The position numbers and the translations under genes are program-made. This document shows, piece by piece, positions 53,787 through 64,000 of a DNA stretch of 64,000 nt (positions within the stretch are counted from its first letter, which is position 1; each line of letters opens with the position of its first letter). Where the stretch lies: the NCBI GenBank assembly GCA_937625935.1, contig OW569383.1, positions 1 to 64,000 on the forward strand. Reading direction: 5' to 3'. The DNA is from Tetramitus jugosus. Its lineage: Eukaryota; Protista; Heterolobosea. The notes under the pieces were generated by a model. That model was not told where the DNA came from. It worked only from the letters and a program-made list of their open reading frames with translations, and ran no database searches.

Positions 53787-54959
53787 ATGGGAGAAGAAAC
53801 AAGCACCAGACGTCATGTCAATGAATTGCCCACACCTGCTTTCCTCGTGTACAAGGACATTGTACAGCGAAACACTGAACGCATGAAAGAGCGCGCCAAA
53901 AATTTTGGTTTACGATTGCGCCCTCATGTGAAAACTCACAAGACAAGACAAGGGGCTTTGTTGCAGACTGTGGAAGAACAAAGAAGGGTTGTTGTCTCTA
54001 CGATCGCTGAAGCAGAGTACCTCGCACCAATCATCAAGGATATTCTTTATGCTGTTCCTATTGTTAGCTATGATAAGCTCAAGAGAATTGTTCATTTAAT
54101 GTCCACTCACAATTGTTTGATCCATATTGAAGTGGACAGTTTGGAAGGATTGAATATTGTGAATCAGTTTGTGCCAGAGTTAAAGCTCCAAGAGTCTCTG
54201 TCTGTGTTTGTGAACCTTAATTGTGGAGGCAACAGAGAAGGTTGCGATATTCATAGCTCTGAGGCCGTAGAGCTCGTGAAACAAGTGATCCAATCTAAGG
54301 GATTGGTGTTTGCTGGTTTGTATACTCATGGTGGTCAGTCCTATGGTTTAACTGATGAGAGTGATAAGCGAAAGGTGGCTGAATCTGAAGCTGCCGCTGT
54401 TCATAATTTTGCTCATCGTCTAAGAGAAGAGTTTAACATTGTTTGTCCAGTGGTATCACTTGGATCTACTCCTACATGTTCTCTCTTGTTGAGTTGGGAT
54501 CATTTGAGAGAAAAGTATCCATTAGTGAATGAAATTCATCCAGGCAATTATATTTTCTATGATTTTATGATGGCTCAGATGGGGAACTGCGAGGAGAGTG
54601 ATATTGCGGTTACTGTGTTGACCACTGTCATTGCCAAGAATAAGGAAAGAAAGACTTTGCTTGTTGATGCTGGAGCACTAGCACTGTCCAAGGATTTGGG
54701 AGTCAAGAATGCTACTACAGGAGAGTTTGGTTATGGAGCGATCAAGGGTCATTCAAATATGGTCCTGAAGTCCCTGACACAAGAAATGGGAGTTGTTCAG
54801 TGTGTTGATGACGATTCGTTTGAAAAGTTCAAGTTGGGTGACAAATTGGAAATTTATCCCAATCATTCTTGTCTCACGGCAGCCCTCTATTCCGAATACC
54901 AAGTTGTGGACGAAGGTGCTAACATTATTGAAACATGGGAGCCATGTCGTGGATGGTAA
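53787..54959 (+). CDS. D-serine dehydratase / D-threonine aldolase family (fold III PLP enzyme, DSD1-like)
   Basis: LPTPAFLV, LRPHVKTHK, YTHGGQSY, GSTPT, EIHPGNYIFYD, DAGALALSKD, PNHSC. Confidence 0.9.
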   Translation: MGEETSTRRHVNELPTPAFLVYKDIVQRNTERMKERAKNFGLRLRPHVKTHKTRQGALLQTVEEQRRVVVSTIAEAEYLAPIIKDILYAVPIVSYDKLKRIVHLMSTHNCLIHIEVDSLEGLNIVNQFVPELKLQESLSVFVNLNCGGNREGCDIHSSEAVELVKQVIQSKGLVFAGLYTHGGQSYGLTDESDKRKVAESEAAAVHNFAHRLREEFNIVCPVVSLGSTPTCSLLLSWDHLREKYPLVNEIHPGNYIFYDFMMAQMGNCEESDIAVTVLTTVIAKNKERKTLLVDAGALALSKDLGVKNATTGEFGYGAIKGHSNMVLKSLTQEMGVVQCVDDDSFEKFKLGDKLEIYPNHSCLTAALYSEYQVVDEGANIIETWEPCRGW

Positions 54960-54992
54960 TTGATGTAAAATTTGGTTGTATTCTTTGTACAT

Positions 54993-55660
54993 TTACATGA
55001 GTAAGCATTTTCTTTTTGAAGAGTTGCTGTTGACTTCTGTTTTGGGGGCCAATACAGCCTGGATGGCTCTATCGAACAATTGCTTCAACCCGTGCTGTGT
55101 CTTTGCTGAGCATTCACAAAAGTCAACACAACCAATCTCTTTCGATAGGTGCAATGCTTGATCTTGTGTGATCATTGATTCAACCTTTCTCATGACTTCC
55201 AAGTTATCTCTCAAATCAGACTTGTTGCCCACGAGAATCAGAGGAGTATTGGGACAATGGTTTCGAATCTCAGGCGCCCACTTGTGCTTAATGTTTTCCA
55301 ACGAAGTCATGTTAGAGATATCAAACACAACTAAAAACACATCTGTCTCAGGATATGACAAAGGTCTGAGCTTATCATAATCTTCTTGTCCCTATATACA
55401 TTGCTCAATTTCATTCGTTAATCTTCGACAACCAACATGATGATGAGAACACAACCCGGTTAAATATTACTTACAGCAGTATCCCAAAGTTGTAAAGAAA
55501 CAGTTCTTCGGTTCCACATGACTTGGCACATGTAATTATCAAACACAGTTGGTACATGAGTCTCCGGGAAGGAGTTCGTGCTGAACGACACCAACATTGA
55601 GGTTTTTCCGGTCGAGCCATCGCCAACAACTACGCACTTTACTGATTCAATGTCCATCAT
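54993..55660 (-). CDS. Rho/Rac-family small GTPase; intron 55392-55474
   Basis: [19 protein letters not shown]|[30 protein letters not shown]. Confidence 0.95.
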
Positions 55661-55768
55661 GTCCGTCTATTGCTACAGTTTTATTCTTATGGTGGGAAAC
55701 CAAAATGAAAAAATGTACGACGGAACGAGCGTTTGAAAATCTACGAATGTGCGCAACCGCCAACACCA

Positions 55769-58569
55769 TTAGAATTCTTCAATGTCATCTCCGTCGAACA
55801 CTGAAAAATCTTCTTGTTCCATCGTGGCGGTACTTTCTTTCTTGATAGGTGCAACTGGTAGTGATATGATGTTATCTACTTGTTCAGCGAGATCCATGTC
55901 GTCATTTTCCATCTTTGCTTCTTGAATTTGAATCGGTTGGTTCCTTGCTGGATAATTATGAATCTTCTTAAGCAATGACTGAATGTGTGGCGGAGTGGCT
56001 CGTATGCGCTTAGTACGATCTCCTCTCACTTCCGTTGACTTTGGAACTCGAACACCGTTCACCATGTCTCTACGATTCAAGCACAACTGGAAAATTAAGT
56101 GCTGGTAAGGAATAATTTCTTGTAACAGCGCATCCGCGTCAACGATCGAGTGATCCAGTTCGTTTGCAAAGTTAGCCATAATTTCGGCTTTGAAATCTCT
56201 CTGTTTGAAAAAGATTTCATTCAACTTGGGACTATAGATGGGCCGTTTTGCATTGGGTGCTCGATTGTTTTTGTTATGTACCAGTGTACTATAACATGAT
56301 ATCAAGAAGTTGTAGATAGACATGGATTCGCCTTGATAATCAGCATTTATCTTTGCTCTGTTGTAGGAATTTGATCCTGTTTCGAAAAGACGAGAGCTAC
56401 AGAATGTATCGCCCAGTGAGTAATCATCGACAATTTTGGCATAATCGTCAATGTCCTGGCAAAAGCTGGGTAAATTTTCGTGCACATAGTACACGAGAGA
56501 ATTCTCATTTGCGTACACACTGTGCAGAACATTATGTTCCAAGTCAAAGTTAATCTGTCCACTACCGTCTCGTTTTCCATACAAAACTCTCGCTGATGCA
56601 TGATAGATATCAATCACTGGATCTCGCAAATCACTGTCTTCCAATGTATTCAGTGATGCATTACGACTGCGCTTAATGTCAGACACTGAAAAATCCGTCG
56701 AATCATTTTCAGCAAATTGAAAACCAGAAAACTGATTCGATATCATTTTTCCAATGTTCATCACGTCCTTGCTTGTTGTTTTTCGAACTTTCTTAACACT
56801 CATGAACTGTAATTGATTAATCGCATGTCGCAAGTCTCCGTTTGACTTTTCAATAATGTCCTTTACGGCAGTTGTTTGGTTTAATGTTCGAAAATCGTAT
56901 GCGCCACCTGTATTGACTCGACTCTCACAGCTAATAATTCGATCTAATATCGTTTTCATATTCTTTTTTCCAAATCCATTGACTTTAACCAGTTCGACAT
57001 TGGGAGCGTTCATGACCTCATTGGGAAAGCTCTTGTACAAGGAACTGAGAGCAGTCGGTGAATCATACACGTTATGAATAATGACAATAGGATTGCGTCT
57101 CATGTTTGAGGTTAAAATATTGTTCCGCAATATATTAAATAACTCAGCCTTTTGTTTTGGATTATCGTGTGTCATTGGTAATTCACTCACCAGATGCACA
57201 CAGGTGTCACCCGATTGTGTCACACCTAATCCCGATAGTGCACAAAACCTTGTCGTCTGCAAAAATCGATCAAACATTTTCAATCGTGACTCATATGGTT
57301 CGTACGATCGAAACACAAATTTTTCACTACTCGAACGATCTTGATGCGACGATGACGCATTGAATTCAATATTTTCCAAATCTGAATGAACGAACTCTTT
57401 GACACCTAAACCCATGGAACGAATAATGGCTCGAACCATGCTCATTTTTCCAGCACCTGGTGGGCCCGAAAGAATCAACACATTTTTCTGTACAGCCACA
57501 TTGCGCAACGTAAATGCATGAAAGAAACTTTCGACTGCACTTTGTTTGTCCTTGTTCATCAACAAGTCGTCCTAATATCAGTTTCCAATGATTTTGTTTA
57601 GCACAATCACTCACTGTGTGGAAACTACAATAAAAAATCATCTGCACTTACCGTTATTTTCGGAGCATACTTTTCAGTCCAAGACTCATGGGAGCTCATG
57701 ATGGCAGTGCTCTCCTTTTTCACATTTTTATCTTGGCGAGTGGTAGTACTCGAATTGTTCATCATTCGTCGATCCAATTTCTCTCGACTTGTCATCATCA
57801 TTGAAATTGAATTCTTCTTCATGTTCTTCTTACTGTCCAACATCAATGACATATCATCCTCATCCTCATCCTTATCAACACGCTTATTTTTACCACTGAT
57901 CGTCTTCTTGTTCGCCTTGTTGCTCTTGTCAAAAAAGTGATCAAAATCATCATCGTCATCATCGTCATCGTCATCACTATTCTTGTTGTTGCTGCTGTTT
58001 CTGCTCTTATCATTGTCCAAAATGGTAATGACATCATCTTCCTGCGTCGATTGTTGAGAACTCACTAATATTAATTGATTCATTTTTGTATTGTTGCTTA
58101 ATTTACTGTTGTTTGTGGGTGATATCGTTGTTGTTCGTTTCTTCTTGTTGTTGTTGCTATTGCTGTTGCTATTGCTAGTGGTACGATGATACAATGATTT
58201 GGTAATCATGGGATCCAAAATGTCATCTTCTTCATCAAACAACAGTGATGGTGATGATGAGTGTTTTTTGCTACTATGACTATTACTACTGCTGCTACTG
58301 CGTTTTGATGTTTTTGTTGTTTTTTCATCGTTTGGTGATGATGAAGAAAATCGAAGCTTTGATAATTTTACAGTTGATGAAGATGATGATGATGATGATG
58401 ACGTTGTTGTTGTTTCTCTTTTTCGTTTGAGTGAAACTCGTTTTTTACGATGAGCATCAGAGTCTGATGATTCATTGTAGTCGGGATCTTCGTTGCTATC
58501 ATCAGAGTTTTCATCGTACTTTTTCGATTTACGATTCGTTGTTTTGCTCTGTTGCCTTGTTGTTGGCAT
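55769..58569 (-). CDS. RAD17: Checkpoint clamp loader RAD17/Rad24; intron 57572-57651
   Basis: WTEKYAPKIT|DDLLMNK, LILSGPPGAGK, SNGDLRHAINQLQF, RDPVIDIYHASARVLYGKR, YVHEN. Confidence 0.88.
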
Positions 58570-58634
58570 TTTTGTGTGTTCAATATCAATCAGAAAGCAG
58601 TCAGGTCTTTTTCTCTTTGTTGTGACAAAAAATA

Positions 58635-58643
58635 TTTGGCGCG
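58635..58643. promoter_or_regulatory. E2F-consensus-like site TTTGGCGCG in the 174-bp divergent RAD17/E2 promoter
   Basis: Matches TTTSSCGC; lies between head-to-head ATGs at 58569 and 58744. Confidence 0.4.
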
Positions 58644-58743
58644 TTCCAGAAAATTGTCGAACTGGCAGTCTCGCGCCTTTTATTTTCCCGAAATACTACA
58701 CCAGATTATTGTATTGTTGAAAGAGACAACACAAGAACAAGCC

Positions 58744-59370
58744 ATGAACTCAAATACTTCTCTGAGCAAAAGACTGATGAAAGAATATTATGAAATGAGA
58801 ATTGATCCTCCACCTCATTGTTATGCCACTCCCACAACGGCTCACTCCAAGCTTGGCACTCCCCATGACAAGAGCTCAAGCAACAACGACAATCAAGCCG
58901 TTGAATCACTCAACCTCATGGAGTGGCAAGGTTATATCAAAGGAATCTCTGGAACACCCTATGAGAACGGAACATTCAAGCTTAGCTTATCATTCAGCCA
59001 AGATTATCCATTCAAGCCTCCTACGATTCGTTTCAAGACCAAAATCTATCACTGTAACATCAATCACAAGGGAAACATTTGCTTAGATTTGTTGAAGGAC
59101 AATTGGACTCCTTCTCTCACGACAGCAAAAGTTCTCTTGTCTATCAGTCAATTGTTGGCTGATCCCAATCCAGAAGGTAATTCTTTTCTCTCCGTTTTAT
59201 TGTATTGTTGTCTACGCCAAGAAGTTCGAACATTAATGATTTGTGTATTGTTGGCTATAGATCCTCTTGTTCAATCAATAGCTACAGAGCTAATAAATGA
59301 CAAGAAGTCTCATGATGCCAAAGCAAGAGAATGGACCAAAAAGTATGCCATGGTCGGTGATGATATGTAG
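58744..59370 (+). CDS. Ubiquitin-conjugating enzyme E2 (UBE2D/E-like); intron 59177-59260
   Basis: KRLMKE, GTPYENGTF, DYPFKPP, YHCNIN..ICLDLL..W; splicing restores PNPEDPLV. Confidence 0.95.
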   Translation: MNSNTSLSKRLMKEYYEMRIDPPPHCYATPTTAHSKLGTPHDKSSSNNDNQAVESLNLMEWQGYIKGISGTPYENGTFKLSLSFSQDYPFKPPTIRFKTKIYHCNINHKGNICLDLLKDNWTPSLTTAKVLLSISQLLADPNPEGNSFLSVLLYCCLRQEVRTLMICVLLAIDPLVQSIATELINDKKSHDAKAREWTKKYAMVGDDM

Positions 59371-59430
59371 ACAGACATATGATTTATGTGAGTGTACACG
59401 TGTTGATGAATCCAGTAAATAAAACATCTA

Positions 59431-60669
59431 TTATTCGACCTTGGTCTTTCTTAGCTTATTCCCAGCATACATACAACTACAGCAACAGTATAGACATTGA
59501 TAGGACACAATGAGGCCAATCAAAAGAGCTAGAATGATAACAAGTTGACTGTTTTGAATCAGTACGCATGAGGCCGTGACACAAGAGTGCGTCTCAATGT
59601 GATCAATCAATGGCACATGATACTCAATCAATTCTCGAGTATTGGAATAGCTGTGTTGCGGAGCATGATACACGTTCCTGTCCTTGAACAATTGAACTGC
59701 CAAGTCTGTCCTATCTGTGATAATCGCATCAGCCCCAATAGAGAGCAAATGGTCCATCAATGCTCTTGTGTTTACTACCCAATAATGTACCTCAGAGTGC
59801 TGCTCATGAGCATAATCTACAATATCTTTGGTATCTAATGGGACACCACCTGAATTGTATGGTATCTGCAATGATGAATACTTTAAATTCTTGGATGATT
59901 TCTCAACAAATAGAGTACGGTCAATCCACTTGTTCTTCAAAGTGAGTGAGTTAATGGATGATCGAATCTTGCTCTTGATCACAAACTTTGTCGCCTCTCC
60001 TTCACATGCTGCCGTAGGAATATTGTACTGTTCTGTTTTTGATCGAAAGTCATTCAATACGGAACAGAATCGAGAGATGACTGAGACATAATTGCGAATT
60101 CGATTCAATCCATAACGAGAAAGCTCCTCAATCAATTTGTCCACAGCCATAAAATCTTCGTCCTTAATCTCAATGTTCATACTGACCAAATGAATCGAGC
60201 CAGCTTGTGCATGATTGTCACCATGTGGCTCAGGTTCACCCCAAAATTCTCTCAAAAATTGTCTCAAGGTTGGAATTTGAATGCCTTTGCCTCTATAATG
60301 AAAAACTTGTTCAGCCTCTCCATCTACAGAGTAACGATACGCAGCATCCAATTCCTGAAGTTTTTGTAATGTGAAGGAGCGGACTAATCCAACCGCATTT
60401 GTCGTTCTCTCTACTTCATCATCATGATACACGACCAAGTGATGATCACTAGTCAATCTCACATCAAACTCCAAGACGTGTCCTCCGATTTGAAGAGCAG
60501 CATGCATGGTTTCTAGAGTGTTCTCTGGTCTCAAGCAACGAGATCCTCTGTGGGAGAGAATCAATGGTCGTTTGAGATGAGGAAAAGGAATATCAGCAGC
60601 AGAGATGCCCAAAGTGCCCACAATCGCAATGAACGCGAGGATCAGAAAAAAACAAGATAACTGGTGCAT
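59431..60669 (-). CDS. Glycerophosphodiester phosphodiesterase (GDPD) with signal peptide and C-terminal TM
   Basis: SHRG..PENT, EFDVRLTSD, HD..RTTN, NIEIK, YWVVN, IITDR; ATG 60669 precedes the hydrophobic signal. Confidence 0.92.
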   Translation of the reverse strand: MHQLSCFFLILAFIAIVGTLGISAADIPFPHLKRPLILSHRGSRCLRPENTLETMHAALQIGGHVLEFDVRLTSDHHLVVYHDDEVERTTNAVGLVRSFTLQKLQELDAAYRYSVDGEAEQVFHYRGKGIQIPTLRQFLREFWGEPEPHGDNHAQAGSIHLVSMNIEIKDEDFMAVDKLIEELSRYGLNRIRNYVSVISRFCSVLNDFRSKTEQYNIPTAACEGEATKFVIKSKIRSSINSLTLKNKWIDRTLFVEKSSKNLKYSSLQIPYNSGGVPLDTKDIVDYAHEQHSEVHYWVVNTRALMDHLLSIGADAIITDRTDLAVQLFKDRNVYHAPQHSYSNTRELIEYHVPLIDHIETHSCVTASCVLIQNSQLVIILALLIGLIVSYQCLYCCCSCMYAGNKLRKTKVE

Positions 60670-61293
60670 TTGATTTTTGTTTTGGGAGATGAAGTCATCG
60701 ATCACTTTGGCGGACCACCCATTCAACTGGTTCAGAGACCCTATTACACGAGTAATCTTACCCATCCAAATGGTAGCTGCTTCAAGAAAGAAATGAGCAC
60801 AGAATAATTCATACTCCTCATCTAAATCAGTCTCAACCCCCTTCTTCTAATCGTATCTTCAGTTTTCTATCCGATCCAAGAACAAGGTCCATGTTGCATT
60901 CACGAGCATCCTTAGGACCGATACATCATATCTACGCACAATCTCCCCCTTATTAACACTTAACCACACACTGCTTGGTACGTTGCCACAAATACTTGAC
61001 CATCATCACCTACTACTTCCATTAAGCCACTTAATGAACGCTCCGTAGCGCCAATAGTAAAAAATAAATGGAATGCTGTTTTTTGTTTTGAGTGAATAGA
61101 CGCCATCGATCTTGGATGAGCAGAGGTGCTTCTATCTCATCTGCATCATCATCCTCTTCCTCGTTTATGTCATATTGACGGTTCATAGATACTCGAGCTA
61201 TGGGGATTTGTGCAGGGTGATGTGCTATGAGTTACCAAAAGAGGCAGAAAGCACAAGTACACTCGACCGATTCCTTCTGTTTTTAATTCAACT

Positions 61294-61668
61294 GTCTGAG
61301 AAATTTATTCAAATAGTTATTCATAGGGGGTCTCTTGATACCAATTCTAGTAGTAGAATTAATGTAACGTTCGAATTTACAGGAAAATGTGTTATTCAAA
61401 TTTATTCAAAGGGAGCGTCCAGATATTATTTCTTACGGCCCCCCTAGGGAGGGGGTCTGAGAAATTTATTCAAATATTTATTCATAGGGGGTCTGTTGAT
61501 CTCAATCCTAGTAGGAGAATTAGACTAACGGTTGAATTAACAGGAAAATGTGTTATTCAAATTTATTCAAAACAGGCAGGGAGGGGGTCAGAGGTGAATA
61601 TAATATCTGGACGCTCCCAAAACAGGCAGGGAGGGAATCAGAGGTGAATATAATATCTGGACACTCCC
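61294..61668. mobile_element. 5'-truncated older MITE copy, split by insertion of a younger copy
   Basis: 61294-61410 plus 61619-61668 reconstitute the element body and a right TIR with one mismatch (ATAATATCTGGACACTCCC). Confidence 0.85.
61411..61618. mobile_element. Complete MITE copy, perfect 19-bp TIRs, TSD AAA
   Basis: Same TIRs as 5771-5965; the host A4 run now appears as A3 left plus A4 right, a 3-bp duplication. Confidence 0.92.
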
Positions 61669-62689
61669 TTTGAGAAATATGGACTCGATTTGGTCATGGT
61701 CTAGTCATCTACTCAGAAAATGTTAGACACGACTATTTCAGTGACAAAGAGGAAGCTCCAAAGAACTAACGATGAACGATTGTATAATCAAGCCATCTCA
61801 TGTGATCGGGTGAAATACGATGACTTTTACGGGATGTTGAATTTGTTTTTCGAACAAGTTTAGTAAAAAAATAAAGGGAATATTGTTTTTTGTTTTTAGT
61901 GAATGAATTCGAAGTTTTTCTTTTTATTCAAGTTCGGATGAAACAGATGATAAATCGGTGATAAAAAAATCTACCTCTCCATACAGATGGAAATTGGCTT
62001 CTCTTCCTCTTTTTTCGGCATCACACTGTACTTAAATGCCTCAAAATATCTTTTAAAACCTCGGCAGACTCATTGTTTAGGGAAAGTCGGGTGAAGGATG
62101 TCATGTCCCAAATTAAGAAAGCAATGGAGGAAAAACTCGGAAGATATTGTTGGTTAGGCTCAATTTTTGACACTCCCGTGGAAATCTTCCGTTTTTGGTA
62201 CCTTTTCGCGCCAAAAGACGGAGTATTGACAATTTTGAATGAAAAACAGGTTTATTGATAAGTATTTACAGTTGGTGCACTCAGTCCCTTCTTCTTGGCC
62301 AGTGTCTAGAAATGCTTTAAAATACAGTTCTGCTGATGTCATCCTCTTCATCAGAACCACCTTCGAACGAAGAGAGAGATTCATCCAATGACACTATTCT
62401 TTGCTTCTTCTTTACTGATGAATCTTCCGTATGTTCATCTTCTCTGCATCGTTTTGTCGAATCTGCTTGCTTTGTCGGTGTACTTTCGTGACTTTGTAGA
62501 AGCAAGCATTCCTTTTCCACTTGCTTAAGCTCATCGAATACTTGGGTGAAATAGAGTTTTTTGAACTCTTCCACCGGAACCTTTTTGTTGGCAACGTTAC
62601 CGAGATTTATTTCGGGTTTATTGGTTTTCACCCTCATGCTTTCCTTCAGTTTGACGCCAAGCTTGTTCGCGCCAAAAATTTCTCGAAAC

Positions 62690-63125
62690 ACGTTGAAAAA
62701 AAGAAAGGATTGGGACAACGTGGAAAAGCTATAGTCATTGAGAGATGGACGGATCTGCGTGAGTCATATTCGATGACCTTAATGACCACACCCAACAATG
62801 AAATGAGCATTGTTGCAGAGATACGTGAAGGGTCAAACACACAATACGATTATGCGCTGTTAATTGCTGATTGTATCAGAGGAGGGTATTTGTGTCGAGG
62901 GGACGTAATTTTGGTATTGGATAATGCCTCAGTTCACGTTGGTCATGATACATTCTCGACAATCGTGGAGACATTGTCAATTAGGCATCACACTGGTGCT
63001 ATTGCCCATGTACTCGCCTGAATTGAATCCAGCAGAGTAACATGATCAATATTTTGTCCAAGCTCACACATCAGAGACTACTCTCGTTTTATCGTAGATG
63101 CATCTTTCACCCAAAAGTGGAATAA
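62690..63125 (+). pseudogene. IS630/Tc1-mariner DDE transposase fragment
   Basis: ILVLDNASVH, then frameshifted LLPMYSPELNPAE*, then C-terminal ILSKLTHQRLLSFYRRC; first catalytic Asp and HTH missing. Confidence 0.85.
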
Positions 63126-63794
63126 ATTTTTTTTTGGCGCCAACCAAAATCAGAAAGAATTTTGTGTGAGCGCAAAAACTTGAGTCTAACCAACAATAGA
63201 TATGCGATCCGAACCAAGCCCCAAATTCTACTCTAAGAACACCACCCGAAACGAGAAGAAAGGAAATAGAGTTGGAATAAAGAAGAGGTCGGCAATTACA
63301 GCCAATATCGGCGACGACTTATCTGGGGATGAGGAAGAAGCGGATCATTTGTCATCCACAACTGATCAACTGCACTAAGACCGACAGAAGATTTTAGGGT
63401 TTATCGGAATACGAAACGAAGCGATCGCCGAGAAACGAGCAGAGAAATCTCAACTGACGAAAATTAGGCGCCAAGAAGAGGTGAGAGACTTCAAAGAAGC
63501 CAATCAGAGAGTTCAAACGGTTTAGTACTGTTAATTGTCTGGAACGATCCGAGTTCAATACATTTGTAAGAGGTACATTGGAGTATTCGTTTGGAAAACA
63601 GAACCCTCGAAATATTGTTCAGAACTCTATCCGTGCCATCATGTCTCTGAAGAAGTTTACGGATGTATTTGGAGATGAAGCAACAAGAACTATTGCGATG
63701 TACCGGGTATTGGTGATACGACTTACCCTTCTTGACAATCTTCACATCTTGTTTGACATGGGAATGGGCGCCCCACTCGTAATAAATAATTGGA

Positions 63795-64000
63795 CACTTA
63801 CATGGTGTGTACAGGCATCTGTTGTCTCAATTGGAGTTGGACACTCTCTACATTTAACTTGCTTGGAGTACTCGGCAAGGCTTCCTTTCGCATGTTCTCT
63901 GCAAAAGTGGTGACATGCTCCATCGTTTCTCTTAACTTACTTTCTCTCCAGCAAACATCACAAGAACGAGAGTTGTTTGCGATTGAAATTTGACCTGTTT
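63795..64000 (-). pseudogene. Frameshifted RING-finger-like fragment running off the window
   Basis: CDVC..(frameshift)..CHHFCREH..KCRECPTPI. Confidence 0.4.

Noticed and set aside
7128-60091. Numerous 60-160 aa ORFs overlapping or antisense to long genes
   Set aside because: Shadow frames of real CDSs, many with non-ATG starts and no motifs
60670-60765. N-terminal extension of GDPD given by the ORF track
   Set aside because: Precedes the signal peptide and is continuous with an upstream decayed frame; ATG 60669 is more plausible
62317-62718. Winged-helix tail of a viral or Polinton D5 primase-helicase
   Set aside because: Only a vague resemblance; no Walker motifs or other viral genes in the window
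62521-64000. Fanzor/TnpB nuclease beside the IS630/Tc1 fragment (also sought near the CACTA relic)
   Set aside because: No RuvC motifs (D-PG, E-L, RD-N) found in the frames I translated; the Cys cluster looks RING-like

Overview
Left end of a chromosome from a gene-dense, intron-poor, AT-rich eukaryote using the standard genetic code. The TTTGGG telomere, short GT-AG introns and gene content suggest a heterolobosean (Naegleria-like) amoeba, but this is inference. From left to right: (1) about 115 CCCAAA telomere repeats (1-689). (2) Two diverged ~840-bp non-coding subtelomeric units, each closed by a short interstitial telomere tract. (3) A CACTA/EnSpm-type transposase relic whose reading frame runs directly into telomeric repeat and whose catalytic-Asp segment is inverted. 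(4) A ~16-kb subtelomeric zone of decayed ORFs (stops mostly TGA in Arg-like contexts), a MITE and a micro-exon ankyrin relic, mixed with intact genes, including two Crinkler-like nuclease-fold genes (REase-kinase; P-loop NTPase-REase). (5) A compact core of about 23 housekeeping and signalling genes at 20-60.7 kb: RCC1-EGF receptor kinase, lipase, cyclase-like receptor, AACS, kinase-beta-helix, LRR-DSP-PTH2 fusion, ABCC, DSD1-like, Rac/Rho, RAD17, E2 and GDPD. (6) A second transposon graveyard at 60.7-64 kb, with the same MITE nested in itself and an IS630/Tc1 transposase fragment. No rRNA, tRNA or CRISPR array was recognised. All protein calls come from motif recognition by eye, not database searches.
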